A stretch of DNA of 64,000 nucleotides from Candidatus Poseidoniaceae archaeon (GTDB lineage Archaea; Thermoplasmatota; Poseidoniia; Poseidoniales; Poseidoniaceae). The translations under genes and the position numbers were made by a program. The stretch lies in assembly GCA_965662895.1 (NCBI GenBank), contig CBFIJH010000009.1:1-64000 (forward strand), given 5' to 3'. Of this stretch, positions 20,443-31,217 are shown in pieces. Below the pieces are notes generated by a model, which was not told where the DNA came from, ran no database searches, and worked only from the letters and a program-made list of their open reading frames with translations. Numbering within the stretch: position 1 is the stretch's first letter; each line of letters starts with the position of its first letter.

Positions 20443-23400
20443 TCAGAGTTGCATTCGGTCGAGATACTGCTGACCGTAATATTGCCACTGCTCCAATGTC
20501 CATCCCGCTGGTAATCCGCCTGGAGGCAATGGAGGTCCAGAGACGACAGGGGCAGGCATTGGTGGTGCTACCGCTTGAGCTACTGGTTGAACGACCGGCT
20601 GTACAACTGGTTGAGGGATCGGTTGCTGGAAGATCGGCGCTGCGCCTCCGTACATTGAATTTGCAACAGTGTCATGAATCGGCAATGTTGTTTCGGTCCA
20701 CGTTGCTTCAGGGACGTGGAGTTTCTCATCACCGTCACGGCGAATCATCAAACCAAACGCCAGAGCGACAAAGAGCACACCGCCAACAACAGCAAGAATG
20801 AGCATCCAATTCGTGTCACCTGAGCCGTCACCTGACTCGGCGCCGGATTGAATTTGCTCACTCGGGCAGTCTGCTCGAGGGTCTTCACAAGCAACGGAGT
20901 ATTGCGAACGCTTGTCCTCTAGGACGAGGTTAATTTCTTCTTTCTCAGCATCGGTCGTGGCTTCTGCTGATGATGTTTCAAGTGCTTCAATTTCTTCTTT
21001 CAATCGATCGATGTAGTTTGTGAGCATCTCATCTTCCATTTCAGCAGGAGCAGGGAGCTCTTCCAGAATATTCCACTTGACGCTTGCTACGCTCTTGTAG
21101 TCGTCACCGTTTGTGTCGACTGCCATGATGGTGAGTTGGTAGTAATCCTTGTACATCGAACCAGTCGGTCGCGCGTACTCGCCCGGTAAAAAGAGGGAAT
21201 CGATGTTGAGTTCGGTTGACCATCCGACCATTGAGCGCGTGATGTCGAGGTCCTCTTCGTAGAGCCCGTCGCACGTTCCGGTCTCATCGTTGCAAACGTT
21301 CCACGTCGTTTCAATAACGGTGAAGGTTGGTGCCATGTCCGTCAGGAAGATATTGGCCGTTGGTATTTGCCCGATGTAGGTATCCTGCATGTCAACATAC
21401 ACGTGACCACTTCCATCGTCGACCTTGGAGATGTACAATGGATAGGAATCAAACACATCGACCGTCATGGTGTAGGTGTTGGTATCGTATCGGTCGATGG
21501 TGTTGACTGTAACTTGATGAAGACCTGATGATTGGAAATTCAGGGTCATTGTTCCATCGATTGGGTTGTACTTCGCAGCACCCTGTTCGTCCGATGAGAC
21601 GGTAATGAACGCCTCGTTTGCTGGATCATCAACATCGGTCAGCAATGCCATCAGGTTAATGACGCGCTGTGTACCGAGTTTGAGTGTTGTTTGTTCAAGT
21701 CCCGTCAAGTCCAAACGGGGCGCATCGTTGATTGGATTGACCTTTACAAGCAAGGTTTGGTCAGAAAACTGTTCGCCATCACTTGCTCGAATCGTGATTG
21801 TCACTTCGCCGTTCACGTCATCGTCCAACGTTTGGAAAACGATGTTCGATGTGTCGAGGAAGGCGTTGAACACATCGGTGTTTGAAGTCGAGAGGATTTC
21901 GAGCGACAAATCAGAGGCCTGGGCCACATTCCCTTCATCGTCCGTGTCCGAGAGGAATGGTAGGAGGCTCAATGTCCCCATTCCACCCTCATCAACGATT
22001 TGTGTTGGTAGCGCTTGCCAGCGAGGCTGGCCGTTTTCGAGAACGTTGAACAGGAGTGTTCCGTATGGCAATTGACCTTCGTTGGAATAATCGCCGCCGT
22101 CGTCCATGAAAATCTCGATACCTTGTGAGCCGAGCGGACAACCTTGGACTGGGTCCCATGCGAACAACACTTCAACCTCAGTTGTCGAGGGGTGCCATCC
22201 CACGAAGTTCGCATCGTTGCTTGAAATTGTCAAATCATAGAGCGGACTTTCCGGATCTGAAACAATTCCAGTGAGGTCGACCTTTGTCGACATATCACAC
22301 TGAACAGGACTGACTTGATTTGGAGCGATGGATGGTGGAGCGTTCATGAGGTCAAACGCGCTGGTAGCAATCGACCAACCAGATGTTTGACCACGTGCAT
22401 CAACGGTTCTCGAGCGAAGGTCATAGAGACCTGCAGGCATGTCGACTGTTGGGAGAATCGAGTATTCTCGACCCTCGTTTGCAGAGCCTGGATAGAGGAT
22501 GTTGTCGCCGCCAGTAACTGCTTCTCCTGACCACTGGCCTGCACCAGCCTTCGAAATTTCAATGTCAAAGGTCAGCGTGTCAATGGTGTCGACAAAGTCA
22601 TCTGCATCGCCTTTTGCAAGAACAGAGAAGTATTGTCCACGGCTAATCTCAGATGTACCGATGACCTGCGGTGTTTTTGATTTAGGAGGACGGTCGTGAT
22701 CCAGGTCGCCTGTTGCCACATTGTTGGAAAGAACCGATTCACCGTTTGTTTGGAGTTCCAAACCGAAGACTGTCTTCCAACTGTTGGTCGAAAGTGTGCT
22801 TGTGTCAAACGTCTCCTGTGCATTCATTGTACTCGTTGCACCAGTGGTCGCCATTGCTCCGATTGGTGTACCTTGGCCGATGTAATTCTTGACGCCGTTC
22901 AAGACGTAGAAGAACTTGGCCGTACCGCCGTTGTTGTAATCGAGATCGCCTGAGTTCGAAATCGTAGCATCGAGTGTCAGGACGTCACCTTGAATGTAGG
23001 ATGAACCTGCTGGGCTTGATACAACGAAACTTGGAACTGAGAGGTCCATTCTCGGAGCCATGGTCGAATCCGATGCTGCGTAGACACTTGCGCCATTGTT
23101 GCTGGTACTCCAAGTGGAATACAAGGCAGCAACAGTGTTCATGTTCGATGTACCACCGGAGACGAGATTCGTAGGTACTGTCCAGACCTTGCTTGCTGTA
23201 CCGCTAGCCAAGTTAACGGTTTCAAAACCGGTTCCACCGTTGACAATGCTACCGCTACCGCTCGTGTAACCACCGTTGTTCAAAAGCCAAGACTCCCAAC
23301 AGTTGCCCCCCTTTGAGCCATCAACGTAAGCATGAGAATTGCAGACCTTCTCCGTGACCGCAGCGTAAAGAACTAGGCTCGAAGGTGCAGTACCACTTCC

Positions 23401-23943
23401 GGTGTACTTTGCTGAGATGTCGATGGTTGTGGTTCCATCACCGTTGTCCGTTTGTGCAACAGTGAGCGAATAGTACGGTGCACTGTTGTGCATGTTGCCA
23501 CCGGAAGAAATGTATTGATCCCAACATGTGTTGGAGCCACAACCTGAGTTCGGGTTGGCATCTCCGAAGGAGGTTTTCGGGGCACCCCCTGTCTCTTTGA
23601 GGTGGCTTACGCCGTAAATCGGCGCAATGTTTCCAGCCTCTGAATCAGCGGTATTTCCAAAATTTGCGCTGTGGTACGAGATGTAGACATATCGGTCTGG
23701 CAGAGAGTTCTTTGCTTGATTGTGAGCTGGGCTACCGTATTGGTAACAATAACCGCAGTTATCCGAGGTAATGTACTGCGCGAAAACAGTGTGACCTGGG
23801 TCCGATGGTGCGGCTTGCACAAGCTGTGCGTCTTGCAAAACTTGGGGCTCGTGTGGGTTCTGTTCCTTGGCTAGGCCAATCATCAAACTACCGACGAACA
23901 GTAAGACAATTCCAATCGCAGTAAAACGCGTGCTGACTCTCAT
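20443..23943 (-). CDS. large secreted/surface protein: Omp28/thioredoxin-like domain, Ig/cadherin-like repeats, C-terminal TM and Pro-rich tail
   Basis: Signal peptide, ITSDNCGYC (CxxC), NAPP/NDAP repeat motifs, TM near the C-terminus, tail PPGGLPAGWTLEQWQYYGQQYL. Confidence 0.8.
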   Translation of the reverse strand: MRVSTRFTAIGIVLLFVGSLMIGLAKEQNPHEPQVLQDAQLVQAAPSDPGHTVFAQYITSDNCGYCYQYGSPAHNQAKNSLPDRYVYISYHSANFGNTADSEAGNIAPIYGVSHLKETGGAPKTSFGDANPNSGCGSNTCWDQYISSGGNMHNSAPYYSLTVAQTDNGDGTTTIDISAKYTGSGTAPSSLVLYAAVTEKVCNSHAYVDGSKGGNCWESWLLNNGGYTSGSGSIVNGGTGFETVNLASGTASKVWTVPTNLVSGGTSNMNTVAALYSTWSTSNNGASVYAASDSTMAPRMDLSVPSFVVSSPAGSSYIQGDVLTLDATISNSGDLDYNNGGTAKFFYVLNGVKNYIGQGTPIGAMATTGATSTMNAQETFDTSTLSTNSWKTVFGLELQTNGESVLSNNVATGDLDHDRPPKSKTPQVIGTSEISRGQYFSVLAKGDADDFVDTIDTLTFDIEISKAGAGQWSGEAVTGGDNILYPGSANEGREYSILPTVDMPAGLYDLRSRTVDARGQTSGWSIATSAFDLMNAPPSIAPNQVSPVQCDMSTKVDLTGIVSDPESPLYDLTISSNDANFVGWHPSTTEVEVLFAWDPVQGCPLGSQGIEIFMDDGGDYSNEGQLPYGTLLFNVLENGQPRWQALPTQIVDEGGMGTLSLLPFLSDTDDEGNVAQASDLSLEILSTSNTDVFNAFLDTSNIVFQTLDDDVNGEVTITIRASDGEQFSDQTLLVKVNPINDAPRLDLTGLEQTTLKLGTQRVINLMALLTDVDDPANEAFITVSSDEQGAAKYNPIDGTMTLNFQSSGLHQVTVNTIDRYDTNTYTMTVDVFDSYPLYISKVDDGSGHVYVDMQDTYIGQIPTANIFLTDMAPTFTVIETTWNVCNDETGTCDGLYEEDLDITRSMVGWSTELNIDSLFLPGEYARPTGSMYKDYYQLTIMAVDTNGDDYKSVASVKWNILEELPAPAEMEDEMLTNYIDRLKEEIEALETSSAEATTDAEKEEINLVLEDKRSQYSVACEDPRADCPSEQIQSGAESGDGSGDTNWMLILAVVGGVLFVALAFGLMIRRDGDEKLHVPEATWTETTLPIHDTVANSMYGGAAPIFQQPIPQPVVQPVVQPVAQAVAPPMPAPVVSGPPLPPGGLPAGWTLEQWQYYGQQYLDRMQL

Positions 23944-24059
23944 AATAGTTCCACGACCACTCATTATATAATGGTAGTCTGTTCTCGTCTTTTGATTTTA
24001 ATTCGAAAAGTTCCATTATTTTTACAAAAGTCTGATGATGAAGACAACCTGCCAGGTGC

Positions 24060-24848
24060 ATGTCGGATGAACAATTCGCCGCCTTAATCGAGGAAAATGG
24101 TCGCATCCATATTGTCCGTATTCTCGATGAAAGTGTCAAAATCAAAGGGATTGGTGTGTTCAACTCCGCAAAGGTGCTCAATTCTGTCAACAATGGTGAG
24201 GAAGTGCAAATCGGGTCGAAAATATTCACGCGATTACCATCACGCCTACCTGAGTTGTTTCAGGGAATGAAACGACGTGCACAAACCATCGGCTCCAAAG
24301 ATTCTGGCGTCCTTATTGCTCGTCTTGGAATCGGCCCTGGCGATGTTGTTCTCGAAGCCGGATTGGGTTCAGGCGGACAATCCATGCATTTGGCTCGTGT
24401 GATGGGTGCATCGGGGCATCTCATTACCGTCGAGCCACGTCAGGAACATTCAGACGTGGGCCTTGAAAATCTGAAAACGCTCGCAAATGCCGTACCAGAA
24501 TTCCCTCAGCATACCCACGTTCACGGTTTCATCGAAGAATCGACAGAAGAAATCAAAGCAATCTCCAGCGACGTGGATGCGATTCTTTTGGACCTTCCAG
24601 ATCATCCAACAGCCATCAAATCCGTTGCTGAACTTCTCAAGGTTGGTGCTCGCCTCTCGTGTTACTGCCCCGTTTCGAGCCAACTCGAACAAGCATGGGT
24701 TGCATGCGAAGAGGCTGGACTTGAAGTCGAATGGGCCGGTGAAGTCATCGAGCGTGAATGGGGGAAAGCAAGCAAAGGAGGCGTTCGCCCAGTCAATGGA
24801 CCGTTCGGTCATACCGCTTTCCTCTTGATTGCTCAGCGACGAAGCTGA
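24060..24848 (+). CDS. trmI: tRNA (adenine-N1)-methyltransferase TrmI/Gcd14
   Basis: RRAQTI..KD, VLEAGLGSG, LLDLPD, VRP...GHTAFL. Confidence 0.88.
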   Translation: MSDEQFAALIEENGRIHIVRILDESVKIKGIGVFNSAKVLNSVNNGEEVQIGSKIFTRLPSRLPELFQGMKRRAQTIGSKDSGVLIARLGIGPGDVVLEAGLGSGGQSMHLARVMGASGHLITVEPRQEHSDVGLENLKTLANAVPEFPQHTHVHGFIEESTEEIKAISSDVDAILLDLPDHPTAIKSVAELLKVGARLSCYCPVSSQLEQAWVACEEAGLEVEWAGEVIEREWGKASKGGVRPVNGPFGHTAFLLIAQRRS

Positions 24849-27800
24849 TCAGAATTTTGGTGCAGAGCCGTACTCGACGACTCGAATGCTGGAATCGCAT
24901 GTCGGACATGTGAATCGGAATGGAGGTTCATTCCCTCCGGGAACAGCCAGTCGAGCCTCGCACGAAGGACAAGAAATACGACGGTTTGTATCCATTCGAC
25001 ATTCGTTTGGCCCGAGTGCGTATTGCTTTATCTCCTCTTCCTCTTCTTCTGGCTCGTCGTCGATCTCCTCAACGGCAGAACGTGGTTTCCTTAACCGAAG
25101 GAGCACAACTGCAAGTGCGAACAAAATGTAGCCAGTGGCCATCAACTGCAAGGTTGTATCTTTGGCAAGTTCGACTCCGAGCAATGTAACACCTTCGGGC
25201 GCTTGCGGTTCTCCTTCAACTCGAATGCTGATCGGTTGGGATTCTGCGTTGACGCTACTTCCATCGATTTGAACCAAGGCGCGAATTCGAATCTCTGCAT
25301 CTGTTTCATCTGTTGTCAGAGAATTCATCCGTACAACAAAGATTTCAGATGCGCCTGGCTCGAGACTGAATGCATCTGTCAGTTCGCCCAACGTGTTGTT
25401 CCAGCGGTCGTCCAGAACGCCTTCACCAATACCAACGAGGGTGAGTTTTCCAGAAATCGCAATGTTTGCGAGATTGGTAACAGTGACCGTTGTCGATGAG
25501 CCGCCAAGATAAGGAATCGAGAAGTCCTGATTCGCAACATCGATACGTACAACGGAATTTGTATCCCATGTGGCTTCGATTGTGAATGAGACAACCTCGT
25601 TTTCAACTGCGTCCGACCGCGCGCTCGATATCGCTCGGAAACTGAAAGCATTGGTGCCGGCGAGCGCATTTGATGGAATGTCACACGTCCAAGGAAGTTC
25701 TGATGTTCGCCCACCTGGCTGGAGAAGGAAAGAAGATTCGATTTCACAATCAAGGCCAACGGATGAGAGGGAAAAGCTGTCCGCACTGTTCCCTGTATTT
25801 CTCACAGTTAACGTACCCGAAAGCGTGTCCGAGGCCTCGGTTATCGAATCATCGACATACACTTCGATGTCCGAACCAGCAGTCATCGGAAACAGCGTAA
25901 GAAGAGTCACATCGGTCGATTCTGGATCAAGCGTCGAAGTAGCAACGATGTTGATGGGCAGACCGTTTTCACTTGCACCAATGGCAGTCTCTCGGACGCT
26001 CAAGACCACCGTTTCAGATTGCCCAATACCCAGATTTACTGACGTTTTCGAAAGCGTTACGTCGAAGTAATTTGAAGTCTCTCCCGCACCGATTGCGAGC
26101 AAGAACGTGTCTTGAAGTGTTCCAATGTTCGTGACCTCGATGGTCACGTTTGTCGAGGCTGAAGGACCAGCAATTATCTGATTTGTATTCGGGCTCAGTT
26201 GGGCAAGTGTTCGATCGACAACTTGCAATTCAATAACAAGAAGCGCCTCAATTTCACCGGCGTACAAACGAAGCGTAAGCGCATCGGTTCGAGCACTGGT
26301 CGCTGCTGATGCTGTTACTTCAAACGAGACGTTGTGCGTTGCTCCTGCTTCAAGTGAATATTGATCGACATCAGGTAGAATTGCACTCACACCACCCGGC
26401 AGTCCAGCAATGGTGAATGTTTCGAGGAGAAGATCGGACGTCCCATCATTCTCGATGAGAATCGTCACTGCAGCATTGTTACCGGATTGAACCACAACGC
26501 GTCCATCAACTGGACCTTGAAGATTCAGACTTGCCAGTGGTTGAACATCAAAGGCAAGACTCAAATTTTGTTCAAGCAACGAATCATGCGTTACAGTAAC
26601 AATTCGTTCGTAGGCACCAAGCGACCCTTCGGATGCAGTGGCTTTCAAGGTCCAGACTGCAGACGCATCGGCAGGCACTGAGACAGAGGAAGCAGAATCA
26701 AGAACCAGTGAAATTGGTGAGGAGGCGTTGCTGTTGACTTGCAAGGAAAAGGTCTCGGCTTCGGTTCCAGTGTTGAACACACGAACTTCAATCGTGGTCT
26801 CAGTCGAAGGTTCGATGACCTTCGGTCCGTTTGGACCTTGAAGCACAAAAGCGATTTTTTTGTCAACTTCAAACGAAAAATCCCGAACAAATGTGACAGA
26901 TGTATCCGATGCGAGTGTGGCTGTAAATCGAAGCGAGCACACATCTCCAACGTTGGCGGTTGAGACAACATCAACTTGGAACCCTACATCTTCAGTCGCA
27001 CTGATGCCAATCGTCGATTCATATGCAAGAAGTGCCGCACTGCACGGACCCGACAGAACGGTCAACGCATAATCGTACGATGCTTCCGTAGTTCCGATGT
27101 TTGTGAGTCGAAGCGATGAGTTGGTTTGTTGACCTGGCAGAAATTCATCGCTACTGTTCAAGAAATCAACCTGCAAGTCATAGTCCGCCTGAACGTCAAT
27201 CACCATGAGCGTCGACGTTGTCAGGTTGCCAAACAGGGACCCTGCATAAAGTCGAACACCGGTCGCTCCAGGGCTAGCATCGGAAGGAATAGAGATGCGT
27301 AGTGTTGCGGTCTCTTGTCCGTTCGCGGTCAGGTTCTCGACTTGGTCATCCAACCATCGAACTTCCCATCCAGTTGGGAAACCTGAATGCTGATTCGTTG
27401 CTGCAATCGCAGCTGATGCTTCCCATGGATAGGCGTAGGTTGATGAACCGTTGAATACAACTTCAGCGGCTGTTTGTTGAAGGGTCAATCGAAGCGTTGC
27501 ATCCAGGGATGTGTTGTCGGTCAAACCCACTGGAGAGTCTCCAGTCAGCGCAGCAAACAGAACACAGGCAGACAGGTAGGAACCGGATGTCGAAGGATGG
27601 CTACCGTCTGCAGAATACAATCCGTAAAAGGTCGAAGATGGAGCGAGTGGGTTGCCTCCAGAAGCCACGATTGAATCGTGGATGTGTTTGAATGCGAGCC
27701 CAACCGGAGCGATGTAGATGTCTGCAGGGGTTGAAAGTGAGACGTTATCGCGATAATCGATGTAACCTTGTTCAAGCAGATCTTGCATAACGGTGTAGTT

Positions 27801-28835
27801 CGGATACAGTGTAGGGTTCATGGCATCGCCACTGCGTCGCCCCCAGGTCATCATCAGCATCATTGCTGCGCCTTCCGAATCAATTCGTTCTCCGAGATTG
27901 ATGCTACCGTTTTTGCTGGCGAGCCAATCTGAATTCGTTCTGTAAAAACCAGGCACTTGGGATTGATCTTGGACGATTACCGTATCCCAAACACCGGTCG
28001 CAAGCGACAGGTTTTGTTGGCTTGCTGATGTGTTGACATCGTCCCAATGATCCGAGATTTTCCAACCGCCTGAGGTAAACGCCGAAGTGTTGCTCGGGCT
28101 GTCAGCACTTCGAAGAAGTTCCTGAAGCATGGAGGAGAGACCGTTCGCAGAGGTGTACGAGTTTCCGAAGAGAAGAACATCACTGACCGATGCGGACCAG
28201 GACGGAGGTGCCGTACTTGTGTTGGACTGACCACTCGACGAGTAGTTCTCCCACCAACCAGTCAGGTCAGGTTCTTCTCCGACCTCGAGAAGATAGGAAT
28301 CCATGACTGAACCATGATTGCTTACCGAGATTGCAACATCAACAGATTGACCAGGCTCGATGGCCAATAAACCCTGATCACCGACACCTGTCGCATCGAG
28401 ATGTGGATTGTAGACGATGGCAACGCTAACGTACACATCAATCGACGTAGAAGCACTACCGTCACTTTCACTCACAGTGATTGTGAACATCCCATTGTCG
28501 CTTGGCGTTGCAGTTTCTGCCAACTGAACGAGGATTGTTGTTGTTGCATTGTAGGTTGGTAAAACATTCGAAACTGAGTTGGAAGTTGGAACTGCAGTCC
28601 ACAAAGAAGAGAGCCCTGTTGTTGCTGTTGCAACATCGTAGGTTTCAATCGATGAACCATTGTTCTCGATGGTTAGGGTTAGATTCATGGATTCTCCGGG
28701 TATGAGAATCATGTGCGTCATGTCAACTTGCAACTCGATTTCTGGGTCAGCCCTGGTCAATTGTGCGAGAGGTGAAGCACTCGCAAACAGCATCATTCCA
28801 ACCAAAACGAACGCACGAATGGAGAGTTTCGACAT
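24849..28835 (-). CDS. large surface protein: Ig-like repeats with an inserted SGNH-type hydrolase, TM and cytoplasmic Zn ribbon
   Basis: Repeats 'PG....v.v.N.G....D.y.l', SGNH blocks VLLFGNSYT and DGSHP, TM, then CPSC...CPTC. Confidence 0.8.
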   Translation of the reverse strand: MSKLSIRAFVLVGMMLFASASPLAQLTRADPEIELQVDMTHMILIPGESMNLTLTIENNGSSIETYDVATATTGLSSLWTAVPTSNSVSNVLPTYNATTTILVQLAETATPSDNGMFTITVSESDGSASTSIDVYVSVAIVYNPHLDATGVGDQGLLAIEPGQSVDVAISVSNHGSVMDSYLLEVGEEPDLTGWWENYSSSGQSNTSTAPPSWSASVSDVLLFGNSYTSANGLSSMLQELLRSADSPSNTSAFTSGGWKISDHWDDVNTSASQQNLSLATGVWDTVIVQDQSQVPGFYRTNSDWLASKNGSINLGERIDSEGAAMMLMMTWGRRSGDAMNPTLYPNYTVMQDLLEQGYIDYRDNVSLSTPADIYIAPVGLAFKHIHDSIVASGGNPLAPSSTFYGLYSADGSHPSTSGSYLSACVLFAALTGDSPVGLTDNTSLDATLRLTLQQTAAEVVFNGSSTYAYPWEASAAIAATNQHSGFPTGWEVRWLDDQVENLTANGQETATLRISIPSDASPGATGVRLYAGSLFGNLTTSTLMVIDVQADYDLQVDFLNSSDEFLPGQQTNSSLRLTNIGTTEASYDYALTVLSGPCSAALLAYESTIGISATEDVGFQVDVVSTANVGDVCSLRFTATLASDTSVTFVRDFSFEVDKKIAFVLQGPNGPKVIEPSTETTIEVRVFNTGTEAETFSLQVNSNASSPISLVLDSASSVSVPADASAVWTLKATASEGSLGAYERIVTVTHDSLLEQNLSLAFDVQPLASLNLQGPVDGRVVVQSGNNAAVTILIENDGTSDLLLETFTIAGLPGGVSAILPDVDQYSLEAGATHNVSFEVTASAATSARTDALTLRLYAGEIEALLVIELQVVDRTLAQLSPNTNQIIAGPSASTNVTIEVTNIGTLQDTFLLAIGAGETSNYFDVTLSKTSVNLGIGQSETVVLSVRETAIGASENGLPINIVATSTLDPESTDVTLLTLFPMTAGSDIEVYVDDSITEASDTLSGTLTVRNTGNSADSFSLSSVGLDCEIESSFLLQPGGRTSELPWTCDIPSNALAGTNAFSFRAISSARSDAVENEVVSFTIEATWDTNSVVRIDVANQDFSIPYLGGSSTTVTVTNLANIAISGKLTLVGIGEGVLDDRWNNTLGELTDAFSLEPGASEIFVVRMNSLTTDETDAEIRIRALVQIDGSSVNAESQPISIRVEGEPQAPEGVTLLGVELAKDTTLQLMATGYILFALAVVLLRLRKPRSAVEEIDDEPEEEEEEIKQYALGPNECRMDTNRRISCPSCEARLAVPGGNEPPFRFTCPTCDSSIRVVEYGSAPKF

Positions 28836-29042
28836 GGGACCAATGCCTGCGAGGTGTTGTTAGCACTTGAGCGAATCGGCTTCAAGGGTTCAAATCCAAC
28901 GGTTCAGGCCGATTCCTTCAGAACGCGAGGAACATACTTCCAACTTTGCGCAATCTCAACCAAAACGCACAAACTCCAAACTGTCAAAAATAGGTATCGC
29001 TCTTGGCGATTGCTATTTTAACGACATCAATTAGGAATTGTC

Positions 29043-30443
29043 ATGGCTGACTGGCATCCAACGACATATCGAACGCATACTTTGGGAGAAATCCAACACA
29101 AGGGCGCTGACCTCGTCGGCACGGAAGTCACCGTCTGTGGCTTCATGGAAGCAAATCGTGGTAAAGGAGCCATCTGCTTCGTTGACTTACGCGATGGAAC
29201 TGGAAAACTACAGGTCTTTCTGAAAGGAGACACCATCGGAGAGGAAAACCTCGACCTTGTTCAACGAATGACTCGAGAATCTACACTCCAATTTACTGGC
29301 TTGGTCGCACAAAAGCGACCTCCGAAAATCAAAGAAGGTGAAACACCACCACCACCAGCTTACGAAATCGTTGCACAAGATGTGAACGTACTCACACGCG
29401 CCAACGCTCCCTTGCCCTTGGGCATCACTGACACGGTGTCGATCGGTCTTGATACCCGCCTTGACAACCGATTCCTCGACCTTCGCCGGGCTCACGTGAA
29501 TGCTATGTTCACCCTTCGAGCACGCGTTCTCCAATACGGTCGTGAGCACCTCATCACTGAAGGTTTCAAAGAAATCAACACACCGAAGATTATCGCATCC
29601 GCCTCCGAGGGAGGGACAAATCTGTTTCCGATGATGTATTTCGATACACCTGCCTTCCTTTCCCAAAGCCCGCAATTGTACAAACAACTCGCAATCCTTG
29701 GCGGTATGGAGCGCGTGTTCGAAATTGGACCGGCATTCCGCGCTGAAAACCATGACACTTATCGTCACTTGAATGAATTCATTTCTTTTGATATTGAAGC
29801 TGCATGGATGACGGATGAAGACGTCATGGGTGTCCAAGAACGTATGATTCATCACATCTGGAAATCCGTTGCTGAACACGATCAGGAACACATCGATGTC
29901 ATCAACGAGTATCGAGAATCTCAAGAATTGGAACCAATTTCAGTGGACGTCCCAAGCCTGCCATTCCCTCGAATTGACTATTGTGAAGCGATTCAAATGA
30001 TTCAAGACGCAGGTGAGGAAATTGCTTGGGGCGATGACATCGACTCTTCACATTGTGATATTATCGCAGAAAAGTATCCCGGATTCCACTTCCTGCCTCG
30101 ATGGCCAATGGAGATGAAACCGTTCTACATCCACCATGTTGTAGGCGAGAATGGAGTCACTGGAGAGCAACTCAGTCGCGGTTTTGACCTCAATTACGGC
30201 CGAGACGAAATGACCAGCGGTGGCCAACGTGAACACAATGTTGAGGTTCTTGAGGAGAATTTGCGAAGCAAGGGACTCAACCCAGAAGAGTTCTCTTTTT
30301 ACACGGACGGATTCCGTTTCGGAGCACCACCTCACGCAGGATGGGGGCTTGGCGTTGCTCGTCTGCTCATGGTTTTGACCGGTTCTCGTAACGTTCGAGA
30401 AACCGTCCTCTTCCCACGCGACCGTCATCGAGTAACGCCATGA
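29043..30443 (+). CDS. aspS: aspartyl-tRNA synthetase (archaeal type, probably non-discriminating)
   Basis: [58 protein letters not shown]. Confidence 0.96.
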   Translation: MADWHPTTYRTHTLGEIQHKGADLVGTEVTVCGFMEANRGKGAICFVDLRDGTGKLQVFLKGDTIGEENLDLVQRMTRESTLQFTGLVAQKRPPKIKEGETPPPPAYEIVAQDVNVLTRANAPLPLGITDTVSIGLDTRLDNRFLDLRRAHVNAMFTLRARVLQYGREHLITEGFKEINTPKIIASASEGGTNLFPMMYFDTPAFLSQSPQLYKQLAILGGMERVFEIGPAFRAENHDTYRHLNEFISFDIEAAWMTDEDVMGVQERMIHHIWKSVAEHDQEHIDVINEYRESQELEPISVDVPSLPFPRIDYCEAIQMIQDAGEEIAWGDDIDSSHCDIIAEKYPGFHFLPRWPMEMKPFYIHHVVGENGVTGEQLSRGFDLNYGRDEMTSGGQREHNVEVLEENLRSKGLNPEEFSFYTDGFRFGAPPHAGWGLGVARLLMVLTGSRNVRETVLFPRDRHRVTP

Positions 30444-30444
30444 G

Positions 30445-31200
30445 TTGGCCATCATGCCGGTTGACCGTATGCAATGGGGTGCGAAACCTTGGCAACATGC
30501 AGATTTGCACATGCCCGATGAGCCCTCACCATTCCAAAACGACCATGGCGTGCCATGCATCATGCTGATTCACGGTGGCTTCTGGAAAAAGCAGTACACT
30601 TCTGAACTCATGCAACCCATTGCAAACGCCCTCAGCGATGCCGGTGTTGCAAGTTGGAACATCGAATTCCGAAGATGGGAGGACGGTGATGAAGGCGTAT
30701 GGATGGACACACTTTCCGATGTTCTTCGGGCGTGGGGTCAACTTGCGCTCCTTCCGGGCATCGACATCACGCGAAGCATGGTGATGGGACATTCTGCAGG
30801 CGGTCATCTCGCTCTCCTGATGGCAAGCAAAGCTGAACGAAAACCATGGCTCGCTATTGCGCAAGCACCGATTACAGATTTGTTCGGAGCGGACGATGCG
30901 AAACTCAGTGATGAAGGAGATGCAATACGGAAGTGGATGGGTTGCAGCCCATACGAGAATGAAGCATTGTGGAAAAAAGTCAACCCTATCGAACTGTCTC
31001 CAAAAGCCCCAGTCCTGTTGATTCATGGTGAGCGTGATGTCGACGTACCGCTTGAACAGAGCGAGACCTATGCAAGAGCAATGAAGGCGAAGGGATGCGA
31101 TGTTCAGAAACTCTGGTTACCCGGTGACCACTACACGATCATTGATGCTGCGAGCGATGATTGGTTGGTCCAACAAGATGCAATCCTCGATTGGTTGTGA
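30445..31200 (+). CDS. HGG-type alpha/beta hydrolase (candidate kynurenine formamidase)
   Basis: IHGGFW, GHSAGG, HGERD, GDH triad. The substrate assignment is context-based only. Confidence 0.8.
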   Translation: MAIMPVDRMQWGAKPWQHADLHMPDEPSPFQNDHGVPCIMLIHGGFWKKQYTSELMQPIANALSDAGVASWNIEFRRWEDGDEGVWMDTLSDVLRAWGQLALLPGIDITRSMVMGHSAGGHLALLMASKAERKPWLAIAQAPITDLFGADDAKLSDEGDAIRKWMGCSPYENEALWKKVNPIELSPKAPVLLIHGERDVDVPLEQSETYARAMKAKGCDVQKLWLPGDHYTIIDAASDDWLVQQDAILDWL

Positions 31201-31217
31201 GTGCGAACCACTAAATC

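Noticed and set aside
20575-20625. QPVV tandem repeat
   Set aside because: Short degenerate coding low-complexity in a Pro-rich linker, not an independent element.
28886-28897. GGGTTCAAATCC as an att-site duplicate of tRNA-Ala
   Set aside because: Only 12 nt, inverted relative to the tRNA, on the wrong side, and no integrase is present.
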